From Nannocystis bainbridge (GTDB taxonomy: Bacteria; Myxococcota_A; Polyangia; Nannocystales; Nannocystaceae), in assembly GCF_028368995.1 (NCBI RefSeq), contig NZ_JAQNDL010000001.1, positions 160,001 through 224,000 on the forward strand: a stretch of 64,000 nucleotides of DNA, in the 5' to 3' direction. The translations under genes were made by a program, and so were the position numbers. Below, piece by piece: positions 39,506 to 49,272 of this stretch. The notes beneath the pieces are model-generated. The model had not been told where the DNA came from. It did not search any database and worked only from the letters and a program-made list of their open reading frames with translations. How positions within the stretch are numbered: position 1 is the stretch's first letter; every line of letters begins with the position of its first letter.

Positions 39506-40252
39506 ATGTCCGGCCACAGCAAATGGTCCACGATTAAGCGCAAGAAGGGGGCGCTCGACGCCCAGCGCGGCAAGATCTTCACCAAGATCGCCCGCGAGAT
39601 CATGGTCGCCGCGAAGGACGGCGGCGGCGACCCGTCCGGCAACCCGCGCCTGCGCACCGCGCTGCTGGCCGCCCGGGCTGCCAACATGCCCAAGGAGAAT
39701 CAGGAGCGCGCGATCAAGAAGGGCACCGGCGAGCTCGCCGGCGTCACCTTCGAGAACGTGCTCTACGAGGGCCGCGGCCCCGGCGGCTCGTGCTTCATCG
39801 TCGAGGTGTTGACCGACAACAAGAACCGCACCGTCGCGGAGATCCGCACCGCCTTCGGCAAGTCCGGCGGCGAGATGGTGTCGAGCGGCGCGGTCTCGTG
39901 GATGTTCGATCACCGCGGCGTGCTCGAGGTCCCCAAGGTCAAGATCAGCGAAGAGGCGCTGATGGAGCGGGCGCTCGGCGCCGGCGGCGAGGACATCCAG
40001 GACTGGGGCGAGTCGTGGGCCATCATGTCGTCGCCGAGCGATCTGGCCGGGCTGCAGACCGAGCTCGCCGACCTCGAGCCGGCCGGCGGCGTGCAGTGGA
40101 TCGCCAAGCCCGAGAACGAGAAGGCGCTCGACGGCGACGTGGCGGTCTCGGTGGCGAAGTTGTGGGCCAAGCTCGACGAGCACGACGACGTGCAGAGCTG
40201 CTACACCAACGCCACCTTGCCCGACGAGGTCATGGAGGAGCACGGCCCGTAG
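39506..40252 (+). CDS. yebC: YebC/PmpR family protein
   Basis: MSGHSKWSTIKRKK, GNPRLR, ANMPK, YEGRGPGG, TDNKNRT, HDDVQ. Confidence 0.97.
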   Translation: MSGHSKWSTIKRKKGALDAQRGKIFTKIAREIMVAAKDGGGDPSGNPRLRTALLAARAANMPKENQERAIKKGTGELAGVTFENVLYEGRGPGGSCFIVEVLTDNKNRTVAEIRTAFGKSGGEMVSSGAVSWMFDHRGVLEVPKVKISEEALMERALGAGGEDIQDWGESWAIMSSPSDLAGLQTELADLEPAGGVQWIAKPENEKALDGDVAVSVAKLWAKLDEHDDVQSCYTNATLPDEVMEEHGP

Positions 40253-40265
40253 GCCGCGGACCCTG

Positions 40266-40769
40266 TTGACGGGCGCCACGCGGATCCTCGGCGTCGATCC
40301 CGGAACTCGGATCGTCGGCTACGGCCTCCTCGATCATCAGATCGGGGCGCGCCCCGTCTATATCGAGTGCGGCGTCATCCGCCTGCGCGCAGAAGATCCG
40401 ATGGCCGTTCGCCTGTCCGTCCTCGCCCGCACGATCGCCGAGCTCATCGTCGAGTTCGGCCCGCGCGTCCTCTCGCTCGAGGCCGCCTTCCACGGCGTCA
40501 ACGCCAGCTCCGCGCTCAAGCTCGGCCAGGCCCGCGGCGCCGTCATGGCCGTCGCCGCCGAGCGCGGCCTCGAGGTCGCCGAGTACCCGCCCGCCTACGT
40601 CAAGCGCGCCGTCGTCGGCCACGGCCGCGCCAGCAAGCAGGACGTCATGGCGCGCATGCAACTGCTCTTCAACCTGGCGCGCGCCCCCACGGCTGACGCC
40701 GCTGACGCCCTCGCCATCGCGCTGTGCCACGCGCACGCGCCCAAGCTGCCCCGGAGGACAGGTCCATGA
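40266..40769 (+). CDS. ruvC: Holliday junction resolvase RuvC
   Basis: ILGVDPG, KLGQARG, GHGRASK, DAADALAIA. Confidence 0.96.
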   Translation: MTGATRILGVDPGTRIVGYGLLDHQIGARPVYIECGVIRLRAEDPMAVRLSVLARTIAELIVEFGPRVLSLEAAFHGVNASSALKLGQARGAVMAVAAERGLEVAEYPPAYVKRAVVGHGRASKQDVMARMQLLFNLARAPTADAADALAIALCHAHAPKLPRRTGP

Positions 40770-41395
40770 TCGGCTGGTTGTCGGGCATCGTCGTCCATCG
40801 CGACCCCAGGCAGGGCGTCGTCGTCCTCAACGTCGGCGGCGTCGGCTACGAGCTGCGCGTCTCGCTGCAGACCCTCGCTGCCGTCGGCGACGCCGACGAG
40901 CACTGCGCCCTGTGGGTCCACACGCACGCCCGCGAGGACGCGCTGATGCTGTTCGGCTTCGCCACCCAGGCCGAGAAGCAGCTGTTCTTGCTGCTGACGG
41001 CCGTGCCCAAGGTCGGCCCCAAGCACGCCATGGCGGTCCTCGGCGGCTTCCCGCTGGCCGAGCTGGTCGACCACCTCACCCAGGGCCGCGAGATCATGCT
41101 GACGAAGATCCCCGGCATCGGCAAGAAGACCGCTGAGCAGATCCTGCTGTCGATCGCCGACAAGGTCGCCGCCTTCGCCGTCGAGCTCGAGGGCGGCCCG
41201 CGCAGCACGAGCCCCGCCAAGGCCGAGCCGGAGTCGCCCGCGATCGTCGAGGAGGCCAAGCAGGTGCTGGTCGACCTCGGCTGGCGCGTCAAGGAGGTCG
41301 AGCTGGCCCTGGCCAAGCTCACCGCCGGCGGCCCCGTCACCGCCTCGATCGACGACCTGGTCCGCCGCACCCTCGCCCAGCTGATGGAGCGCTGA
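40766..41395 (+). CDS. ruvA: Holliday junction branch migration protein RuvA
   Basis: MIGWLSG, VGGVGYE, REDALMLFGF, IPGIGKKTAE. Confidence 0.96.
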   Translation: MIGWLSGIVVHRDPRQGVVVLNVGGVGYELRVSLQTLAAVGDADEHCALWVHTHAREDALMLFGFATQAEKQLFLLLTAVPKVGPKHAMAVLGGFPLAELVDHLTQGREIMLTKIPGIGKKTAEQILLSIADKVAAFAVELEGGPRSTSPAKAEPESPAIVEEAKQVLVDLGWRVKEVELALAKLTAGGPVTASIDDLVRRTLAQLMER

Positions 41396-41401
41396 GCGGC
41401 C

Positions 41402-41485
41402 TGTCCGTGAGAGCATGCCCGTGAGGGCATGCTCTCAGGTACATGTCCGTACGGGCATGTCGTCTCGAACATGCCCTCTCGACCA
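41402..41485. repeat. Tandem array of the 14-bp palindrome (6 units)
   Basis: tgtcc-gtga-gagca|tgccc-gtga-gggca|tgctc-tcag-gtaca|tgtcc-gtac-gggca|tgtcg-tctc-gaaca|tgccc-tctc-gacca; between convergent genes. Confidence 0.92.
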
Positions 41486-41529
41486 GGCGCTCGCGTCGCC
41501 CCCGAATCTACCTGTCCTTCGGGCCAGCC

Positions 41530-42945
41530 CTACCCGCCGGCCGTCTGCAGCTCGGCGACGTACCAGTCGCCCCACTCGAGCCGCATCTGCATCACCAGCG
41601 TGGCCGGCTGCTTGCCGTCGGGGTCCTGGTTGCGCAGGGTGACGACCGCGTGCGGGGCGTAGGCCCCGGGCACGATCTCGAGCCGCTCGACCGCCAGGCG
41701 AGCGCCGCGCTTGAACCGCCCGGTGGCCTCGGCGAACGCGAAGGTGCGGGCGGCGTCGACCGTCTGCAGGCGCATCATCGCCGCGTTCATGGCCGTGTCG
41801 GCGTCGCTCTCGGCGAAGAAGCGGGCGCCGACGTAGGCCTGGGCGAACTCGAAGAAGAAGCTGATGACCTGGTCCTTGGACAGCGCGCCCTCGACCCCGA
41901 GCGCCTCCATGAAGCCGCGCGTGCCGGTGCGGAGGACGACGTCCTGGACCTTGGAGAACGGCAGCTCCTCGGCGCCCTCGGGCTCGGAGTCGACGATGTC
42001 CTCGAGCGCGGCCACGAACTGCTGGACCGCCGCCCGCCCGTCACCCGGCAGCTGCTCGGCGATGGTGGTCATGGTGCGCTGGCGGATCTTGCGGCTGTAG
42101 GTCGGCGACATCATGCGCCGCGCGACCTCGAGGTCGCCGCCGTCGAGCGCCTTGAGGAAGCCGCGGGCCCGCTCCGTCGCGCGCGCGCTCTGCTCGGCCG
42201 GCGTGTCCATGTCCGGCAGCTCGCTCAGCATCTGCGCCGCCTCGGAGATCGGGATCGCGTAGCCGCCGACGCGGTGCTTCCACGTCCAGCTGACCACCCC
42301 GACCACGCGGCCGAAGCGGTCGAGCACCGGCCCGCCGCTCTGCCCGCGACGCACCGCCTGCGACAGCCCGAAGAACGCCCCCGGCCCGACCGCAGGGTTG
42401 TAGACCGCGAGCTCGCGGACGTCGCCGGTGCGGGCCACGAACCCGGTCGTCGGCTTGCCGCCTGGACCTGTGGCCTCGTCCTCGCCCGGGCGCGCCAGCA
42501 GCAGCACGCGGTCCTTGGCCTGCAGGTAGTCCTCGATCGGCGCCGAGCCGACGGTCGCAAGCGGCAAGGACGGCAGCGGCGCGTCGACGTCGACCTTGAT
42601 CAGCGCGAGGTCGCGGCTCGGATCGATGTAGACGATGCGGACCGCGGCGAAGCTGCGCGGGGGCTTCAGCGCCGGGAACGTGATGTCCTCGATGTGATCG
42701 GCGTCCTCGATCACGTGGCGGTTGGTGATGAGATAGCCGTCGGGGTCGACCACGAACGCGAGGCCGCGGCCGACGTCGGTCGAGATCACCGCGACCGCCG
42801 CGGCCCCCTTCTGCGCCACCGCGATGTCCTGGAGGGCGCGCCCGGCCTTGCCGCGCTCCAAATTCACGTCGCCGATCGGGCGGCTGGCACAGCCCAGGGC
42901 GACGAGGGCGGCGCACAGCGACAGGATCCGGATCGCAGCAGGCAC
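41530..42945 (-). CDS. Trypsin-like (S1) serine protease lipoprotein with extra C-terminal domain
   Basis: Lipobox ALGC; ITNRHVI, RDLALIK, GQSGGPV triad. Confidence 0.85.
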   Translation of the reverse strand: MPAAIRILSLCAALVALGCASRPIGDVNLERGKAGRALQDIAVAQKGAAAVAVISTDVGRGLAFVVDPDGYLITNRHVIEDADHIEDITFPALKPPRSFAAVRIVYIDPSRDLALIKVDVDAPLPSLPLATVGSAPIEDYLQAKDRVLLLARPGEDEATGPGGKPTTGFVARTGDVRELAVYNPAVGPGAFFGLSQAVRRGQSGGPVLDRFGRVVGVVSWTWKHRVGGYAIPISEAAQMLSELPDMDTPAEQSARATERARGFLKALDGGDLEVARRMMSPTYSRKIRQRTMTTIAEQLPGDGRAAVQQFVAALEDIVDSEPEGAEELPFSKVQDVVLRTGTRGFMEALGVEGALSKDQVISFFFEFAQAYVGARFFAESDADTAMNAAMMRLQTVDAARTFAFAEATGRFKRGARLAVERLEIVPGAYAPHAVVTLRNQDPDGKQPATLVMQMRLEWGDWYVAELQTAGG

Positions 42946-43384
42946 AACCTCCAGGCTACGGCACGCCCGCGACGCGGGCCAGCCGGAAGCAAATTCCCGT
43001 GTGGGCGCGCCCACGGACGCGCTCGCGGCCCGGGCGCGCCGCCGCGCGAGCCCCTGCGTCTGCGCCGGACCACCGCGGCCGAGCCCGCACCCGCCGTCGT
43101 CGCGACCGACATGTCACCAGTCCCGAGAGACCTGGCCCAAGAGACAGCATGAATCATGCCCGCGGAGGGCGCGCGGCGAGGTGCGGACCCGCCGTCGCGT
43201 CCGCCGATCTAGCGACGCCCGCCGCGAGATCATGAGCCCGCGTTCACGCGGCCCGCAATCGCGGGAAAGCGCCCACGCCTGTCGCTCGTGGCCCACGCGG
43301 CGGCGCATGTCCTGCCACACGCGCGCCGCTGGCCGCCGTCGAGTTCGCCGCCGCACCGCTGTGTTAGCGTGCGGTCGGACCTCC

Positions 43385-44827
43385 ATGACTCGCCTCATCG
43401 CCTACATCTCGATCCCCTGCGCGCTCGCTCTCGCACCGCTCGCCGCGGCGGCCGATCCCGGTCAACAGACGCTGTTCGGCCAGCCGGTGCAGGCCGCGCC
43501 CGAGCTCACCGAGGAGGAGATCGCGGAGCGGCGGGCCGCCTTCGAGAAGTACCTCGACGACAACGACCTCATCCACGCCGGCGGGCTCGTGGTCCCGCGG
43601 TCGATGGCCGAGGACGATCTCCAGGCCGGCCCGCGGCCGACCTACGCCTGGGACACCCCGCCGAAGCGCCACACGGTGTTCCTCAACTTCTTCGGCGGCG
43701 AGATGACGGGCGGCACCAACTCGGCGTTGATGGAGTCGCCGTGCATTCAGGGCGGCAAGGTCCAGTACCCGCAGTTCCTGCGCTCGGAGCAGGAGGCGCT
43801 GGCGATCATCCAGGTGTTCCAGGACGCGATGACCCCGTTCGGCGTGCGCATCGCCTACGAGAAGGCGCCGCCGAAGCACCTGCCGTACAGCATGGTGATG
43901 ATGGGCGGCAAGCCGGGGGTGATCGGCCTGCCGAACGGCGTGCTCGGCGTCGCCTGCAACCTCGACTGCGGCGACACATGGTGGCGCGACACGACCTTCG
44001 CCTTCACCGAGGTCGCCGGCGACATCCAGGTGCTCGGCACCACCGCGCTGCAGGAGGCCGCGCACGCGTGGGGCCTCGACCACATCGACGGCGAGGACAA
44101 CATCATGTACCCGTACGCCACCTTCGGAAAGAAGGTGTGGGCCGACACCTGCACGCCGTACAACGCGGCTACGGGGCCGATCGGCTGCGAGTACGTGCAC
44201 GACGAGTTCTGCGGCGAGAACGGCGGGGCGCAGAACGACGTCGCCGAGCTGATGGCGTTCTTCGGCGCCAACTCGGTCGACGACGTGCCGCCGACGGTCA
44301 CGCTGCTGTCGCCCGCCGACGGCGCTGTGATCGAGCCCGGCACCGACGTCCTCGTCGAGGCCGAGATCAGCGACAACTTCGAGGGCTACGGCTGGCGCAT
44401 GATGATCCCCGAGGCCGACATCGAGGCGCCCGCCTACTCCGGCGAGAAGGAGTGGTCGATCAAGCCGCCGAAGGGCACCTACACGATCCGCGTCGAGGCG
44501 CTCGACCACGACGGCAACATCGGCTTCGCCGAGGCCGTGATCCACGTCGGCGTCGAGCCGGCCGACCCGACCACCGGCGAGCCGACCACCGGCGACACCT
44601 CCGACACCGGCGACACCACCGACGGCCCGTCGAGCGAGACCGACACCGAGGGCAACGTCTCGGGCGGCTCCAACGGCACCTCGGCCACCGCCACCGCCAC
44701 CTCGCCGCTCGATCCCGGCGGCGACGAGAGCGGCTGCAACTGCGTCACCGCGCCTGTCTCTCGCGACATGTCCGTTTGGATGTTCGCGCTCGCCGGCCTC
44801 GGCCTCGTTCGCCGGCGCCGCTCCTGA
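43385..44827 (+). CDS. Secreted metzincin-like protein with Ig-like domain and MYXO-CTERM-type anchor
   Basis: Signal peptide; QEAAHAWGLDH...IMYP; Ser/Thr linker; GCNC...LGLVRRRRS. Confidence 0.8.
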   Translation: MTRLIAYISIPCALALAPLAAAADPGQQTLFGQPVQAAPELTEEEIAERRAAFEKYLDDNDLIHAGGLVVPRSMAEDDLQAGPRPTYAWDTPPKRHTVFLNFFGGEMTGGTNSALMESPCIQGGKVQYPQFLRSEQEALAIIQVFQDAMTPFGVRIAYEKAPPKHLPYSMVMMGGKPGVIGLPNGVLGVACNLDCGDTWWRDTTFAFTEVAGDIQVLGTTALQEAAHAWGLDHIDGEDNIMYPYATFGKKVWADTCTPYNAATGPIGCEYVHDEFCGENGGAQNDVAELMAFFGANSVDDVPPTVTLLSPADGAVIEPGTDVLVEAEISDNFEGYGWRMMIPEADIEAPAYSGEKEWSIKPPKGTYTIRVEALDHDGNIGFAEAVIHVGVEPADPTTGEPTTGDTSDTGDTTDGPSSETDTEGNVSGGSNGTSATATATSPLDPGGDESGCNCVTAPVSRDMSVWMFALAGLGLVRRRRS

Positions 44828-44837
44828 CCCCGCGGCC

Positions 44838-45731
44838 ATGCCGCGTCGCCGACGTCCCGGCCGGACCGGAGCCCCGCCCCGGTCCGCGCCGCCGGAGCCG
44901 GAGGGCCGGCTGCGCGCCCCGCTGGCCGCGCTGTTCCCCGACGGCCTGCCCTCGCCCCCGCCGCCCCCGCCGCCTGCCCCGCCGCCCCCGCGGCTCGTCA
45001 GCGAGCGCGAGCTGATGGCGCGGGCGTTCGCGGCCCTGGCCACCGGCGACGCGCTCGACTTCGAGGCCATGCGCGTGGTCGCAAGCCTGGCCGCTGCGAC
45101 AGGTCCCAAACGACAGGTCCTTTCGACCAGCCCGTCCGTCGCCGCGAAGCCGACGAAGGCTGCGACGCGAGCCGGCAGCGCGCCGAGCCCCGGCGCCACC
45201 ACGCTCGCCGCGAACAGTGCCCCCGCGAGCGCCGGCGCCTCCCCTGCCACGACCTCGCCCCCCGCCACGAGCGCCCCCGCCTCGTCCACGGCGACGGACC
45301 CCGCCGCCCCTGCCCCACGCGACCCTCAACCGAGCCGGCCGGTGGCCGCGCTGCAGCAGCGCGCCTGGGCCGGCGCCGGCTGGCGCGACGAGCCGGGCCG
45401 CTCCCACGATCCCGCCCGCACGGCCGCCGAGTTGGTCGCCCGCGCCCGCCGCGGTCGTCTGCCGACCCTGCGCCTGCGCGGCCTGCGACGCGAGCCCGCC
45501 CTCGAGGCGCTGATCGCCTTTGTCACCCGCGAACGCGCCGCCCGCAGCCGCTACGTCCGGATCGTCACCGGCAAGGGCCTCGGCAGCCCCGGCGACCCCG
45601 TGCTCAAGGAGACGCTGGCCTTGTGGTGCGCCTCGTCGGCCGGCGAGGCCGACGTCGTCGCCTGGGCCCCCGAGGTCGACGTCCGCGGCGAGTACGGCTC
45701 GGTCATCCTCCAGCTGCGCCCGCTCACGTGA
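44838..45731 (+). CDS. Smr domain protein
   Basis: LRLRGL, RIVTGKGLGSPGDPVLK, GSVILQLR; low-complexity N-terminus. Confidence 0.8.
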   Translation: MPRRRRPGRTGAPPRSAPPEPEGRLRAPLAALFPDGLPSPPPPPPPAPPPPRLVSERELMARAFAALATGDALDFEAMRVVASLAAATGPKRQVLSTSPSVAAKPTKAATRAGSAPSPGATTLAANSAPASAGASPATTSPPATSAPASSTATDPAAPAPRDPQPSRPVAALQQRAWAGAGWRDEPGRSHDPARTAAELVARARRGRLPTLRLRGLRREPALEALIAFVTRERAARSRYVRIVTGKGLGSPGDPVLKETLALWCASSAGEADVVAWAPEVDVRGEYGSVILQLRPLT

Positions 45732-45770
45732 GCCCGCCTGCTCCGGTTCGGGCTCCCGCCACCGCTCCCA

Positions 45771-45860
45771 GGACATGCTCGATCGGCCATGACCTCGAGG
45801 ACATGCCACTCAAGACATGTTCCTTCGAACATGCCCTCGAGAGCATGTCCTCTACGAGCA
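45771..45860. repeat. Tandem array of the 14-bp palindrome (6 units)
   Basis: ggaca|tgctc-gatc-ggcca|tgacc-tcga-ggaca|tgcca-ctca-agaca|tgttc-cttc-gaaca|tgccc-tcga-gagca|tgtcc...; between convergent genes. Confidence 0.92.
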
Positions 45861-45867
45861 TGAAGGC

Positions 45868-47154
45868 TCAGTCGTCGTCGTCGGGCTCGTCGCTGCCGGT
45901 CGGCTCGATGCGGACGCGGATCACGTGGCGCGCGTCGGCCTCGAGCACGCCGAAGCGCAGGCCCTCCCACACGAACACCGAGCCGGCGATGGGGATCTGG
46001 CCGGCCAGGTAGGTCAGCAGGTCGCCGACGCTGATGACGCCTTCGAGGTCGGGCAGCTCGACGTGCATCCGCTCTTCGACCCGCGTCAGGCTCTCCTGCC
46101 CGTCGACGAGCGCCGCGCCGCTCACGTCCGGCACGGGGGTCAGCGGCGCCCGGTCGCTCTCGTCGAAGATCTGGCCGACGATCTGCTCGAGCACGTCCTC
46201 GAGGCTGACGATGCCGATCGCATCGCCCGCGTCGTCGACCACGATCGCCAGGTGAACCCGCTGCTCCTTGAACCGCTGCAGCAGGTCATGGAGCCGCATC
46301 GTCAGGCTGACGAACACCGGCTGCCGGATCACCCGGGACAGCCGCTCGTCGTCGGCCAGGTCGACCAGCTGCTTGATGTGCAGGATGCCCTTGATGTTGT
46401 TGAGCTGGCCCTCGTACACCGGCAGCCGGCTGTGTCCGGAGCGCAGCGCCACCTCGCGCACCTTCGCCACGGACCACGCCAGGTTGACCGCGGTGATCCG
46501 GGTGGCCGGGATCATGATGTCGCGGACGATCTTGGCCTCGAAGCGGACGATGCCGGCGAGCAGCATGGCCTGCCCCGGATCGATCGAGCCCTCGCGCTGG
46601 CCGACCTGGACGAGGTAGCCGATGTCGTCCGACGTGACCTTGTTGCTGCTCCCCGCGCCGGCCTTGCGCTCGAGTCGCTTGACGATCGCGCCGGTGATCG
46701 CGGTGAGCAGCCACAGCGCCGGCGCCATGAGCTTGCTGAGCCCGCGCAGCACCCACAGCGCCGGCAGGGCCAGCCGATCGCTGTAGATCCGGCCGATCGC
46801 CTTGGGGGTGATCTCGCCGAGGATCAGCAGCAACACGGTGGTCACGAACACCGCCCCGCCGACCGCCCAGCCGCCCCACGGCCCGCCCTCGAGGTGACGG
46901 ATCGCCAGCGCCGTCACGACCGCGCCCATCAGCGTGTTGGCGATGTTGTTGCCGACCAGGATGGTCGACAGCACCCGCACCGGCTCGCGCACCCAGAACG
47001 CCGCGACCCGGCCCTGCCGCCCCCCGTCCTCGACGAGGCGCTTGGCCTTGTGCACGTCGAGGCTGGTGATCGCGGTCTCCGAGCCGGAGAAGAACATGCT
47101 CGCGGCCAGGCACAGGACGACGATCAACAACCCCAGGACATCGGCATCGCTCAT
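45868..47154 (-). CDS. CNNM-CBS-CorC (HlyC/TlyC 'hemolysin') family protein
   Basis: FFSGSETA, ILVGNNIAN, GEITPK, HSRLPVY, HLAIVVDD, LEDVLEQIVG. Confidence 0.93.
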   Translation of the reverse strand: MSDADVLGLLIVVLCLAASMFFSGSETAITSLDVHKAKRLVEDGGRQGRVAAFWVREPVRVLSTILVGNNIANTLMGAVVTALAIRHLEGGPWGGWAVGGAVFVTTVLLLILGEITPKAIGRIYSDRLALPALWVLRGLSKLMAPALWLLTAITGAIVKRLERKAGAGSSNKVTSDDIGYLVQVGQREGSIDPGQAMLLAGIVRFEAKIVRDIMIPATRITAVNLAWSVAKVREVALRSGHSRLPVYEGQLNNIKGILHIKQLVDLADDERLSRVIRQPVFVSLTMRLHDLLQRFKEQRVHLAIVVDDAGDAIGIVSLEDVLEQIVGQIFDESDRAPLTPVPDVSGAALVDGQESLTRVEERMHVELPDLEGVISVGDLLTYLAGQIPIAGSVFVWEGLRFGVLEADARHVIRVRIEPTGSDEPDDDD

Positions 47155-47206
47155 CGGCGCGTCCCGCCGAATTTCTCACGAGTCGCGAGAGCCGCGCAAG
47201 CGGGCG

Positions 47207-48418
47207 TCAACGGAAGCACGTACCGGCCTCTTCCGCGAGGAAGCACGCCAGCGCCGCCGTCCGCCGGCGCAAGCTGTCGAGGCTGCACCACTCCTCGGTC
47301 TCGTGGAAATATTGCCCGTACGGCCCGAGGCCGTCGACGCACGGCACGCCGTCGGCCGCGAGCAGGTTGGCGTCGGATCCGCCGCCCTGCAGCGGGCACT
47401 CGCCGACTCGTAGGCCGCACGCCGCGGCGTAGGGCTCGTAGACCCCGCGCAGCCGCTGGCTCGCCGCTGTCGCCTCCATCGGCGGGCGCGTGATGCCGCC
47501 GGTGATCTCGACCACGACCCCGCGCAGCCGCTCGGGGACGTCCACCAACCCGGCGAACGGATCGCGCTGCAGCGCCTGCAGGAACCCCGCCACGCGCTCG
47601 GCGTCGGCCACGGTCTCGAAGCGCGCGTCGATCTGGCACTTGGCGCTCGCCGGCACCGTGTTCTTGGCCGTGCCGCCCTCGATGAGCCCGACGTTGAGGG
47701 TGACGCCGCGCGCGTAGTCGGTGAGCCGCTCGACGCGATCGACCAGCAGCGCGAGCGCGTGGATGGCGTTGACGCCCTTGTGATGGTTGTTGCCCGCGTG
47801 CGCCGCCTTGCCGCGGACCGTGATCGTGTAAAGCCCGCCGCCCTTGCGCCGGGTGACGATGGTGTCGCCCTCGCGACCCGACTCGAACACCAGCGCGCCC
47901 GTCAGCCGCGGCGCCAGCTCGCGGTACATCACCGCGCTGCTGGGCGAGCCGACCTCCTCGTCGCTGACGACGATGAAGCGCACCGGCACCCCGCGGCCCG
48001 GTGCGACCGTTCGCAGCGCCCGCAGGGCGAAGATCACCGAGGTCAGCCCCGACTTCATGTCGAGCACGCCCGGGCCGCGGGCGACGTCGCCGTCGCGGCG
48101 GAAGTTGAGGAACCCGAGCGAGCGCGGGAACACGGTGTCGATGTGCCCGACCAACGCCAGCGACGGGCCGTCGCCCACGCTCGGATCGGCGTAGATCCGG
48201 TGGTCGGCGAACCTGGCCGAAGGGTCCTGCACTTTGGTACAGGTGAGTCCGACGGCCGCGGCCGCCTCGTCGAGCGCCGCGGCCGCGATCTCGACATCGT
48301 CGCGGGCGTAGGTGTGGCTCGGGAGATCGACCAGGCGCTGCAGCAGCGGCACCTGGTCGGTCTCGAAGGCGGCGTCGACGGCAGCGCGCAGGCTGGCGCC
48401 GAGGAGTGGGTCGCGCAT
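47207..48418 (-). CDS. M20 metallo-hydrolase (carboxypeptidase G2/ArgE-like)
   Basis: GHIDTVFP, GPGVLDMKSG, SDEEVGS, FE, GGGSD, H near the C-terminus. Confidence 0.88.
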   Translation of the reverse strand: MRDPLLGASLRAAVDAAFETDQVPLLQRLVDLPSHTYARDDVEIAAAALDEAAAAVGLTCTKVQDPSARFADHRIYADPSVGDGPSLALVGHIDTVFPRSLGFLNFRRDGDVARGPGVLDMKSGLTSVIFALRALRTVAPGRGVPVRFIVVSDEEVGSPSSAVMYRELAPRLTGALVFESGREGDTIVTRRKGGGLYTITVRGKAAHAGNNHHKGVNAIHALALLVDRVERLTDYARGVTLNVGLIEGGTAKNTVPASAKCQIDARFETVADAERVAGFLQALQRDPFAGLVDVPERLRGVVVEITGGITRPPMEATAASQRLRGVYEPYAAACGLRVGECPLQGGGSDANLLAADGVPCVDGLGPYGQYFHETEEWCSLDSLRRRTAALACFLAEEAGTCFR

Positions 48419-48438
48419 GGCCCGCGAGTGTAGCAGCG

Positions 48439-49272
48439 TCACCCGACCAGCACGGTGCCGACGCTGCCCGGCGCGGCCGCCTCGGCCTGCAGCGCGCCCG
48501 CGTTGGCGCCGAGGATGTGCACTGCGCCGATCCCGAGGGCCAGGTTGGCCAGCGCCTCCTCGACCTTCGGGATCATGCCGCCGACGATCCCCTTCATCTC
48601 GATCGCGCCGCGGGCCTCGGCCGCGCTGAGGCGGGCGATCCGCGTGCTCGGGTCGTCCTTGTCGCGCAGCACCCCCGGCACGCCGGTCATGAGGAACAGG
48701 TGATCGACCTTCAGCGCGCCCGCGATCGCCGACGACACCGTGTCGGCGTTGATGTTGAAGACCGGGCAGGTGGAGCCCTCGGTGTCGAGCCCGACGCCGA
48801 GCGTGTTGATCACCGGCGTGTAACCGCCGGCCCACAGGTGCTCGATGAGCGCGGTGCGGATCTCGACGACGTCGCCGACCAGACCGAAGTCGACCAGCTC
48901 CTCGTCGCCGCCGCTGACGCGCGTGGGCGGACGTCGGCGCGCCGTCACCAGCCCCGCGCTCACGCCCGAGATCCCGAGCGCGCCGCCGAGCCCGGCCGCG
49001 AGCGCGGCCGCGACGACGTCGACCGAGAGCTCGCCGGCGAGCACGTACTTCATCACCTGCAGGGTCGCCGCGTCGGTGACCCGACGGCCGCCGACCTTGA
49101 CGGGCTGCAGCCCGAGCCGCTCCTGCAGCGCGTTGGCCTGCGGCCCGCCGCCGTGGCAGATGGCGAACTTCCAGCCGGCCGCGGTGAGCCGGGCGACGTC
49201 GCCGAGCACCGCCGCGAGGGCGGACGCGTCGGCGATGACTTCGCCGCCGAACTTGAGGACCGCCGTCGTCAT
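48439..49272 (-). CDS. argB: Acetylglutamate kinase
   Basis: LKFGG, HGGGPQ, GRRVTD, NINAD, GGMIPK. Confidence 0.95.
   Translation of the reverse strand: MTTAVLKFGGEVIADASALAAVLGDVARLTAAGWKFAICHGGGPQANALQERLGLQPVKVGGRRVTDAATLQVMKYVLAGELSVDVVAAALAAGLGGALGISGVSAGLVTARRRPPTRVSGGDEELVDFGLVGDVVEIRTALIEHLWAGGYTPVINTLGVGLDTEGSTCPVFNINADTVSSAIAGALKVDHLFLMTGVPGVLRDKDDPSTRIARLSAAEARGAIEMKGIVGGMIPKVEEALANLALGIGAVHILGANAGALQAEAAAPGSVGTVLVG

Noticed and set aside
41402-41485. Junction decamer RRRCATGYYY equals the p53 half-site consensus
   Set aside because: Treated as coincidence: singletons show the conserved unit is TGTCC-N4-GGACA, and the decamer only arises when units abut.
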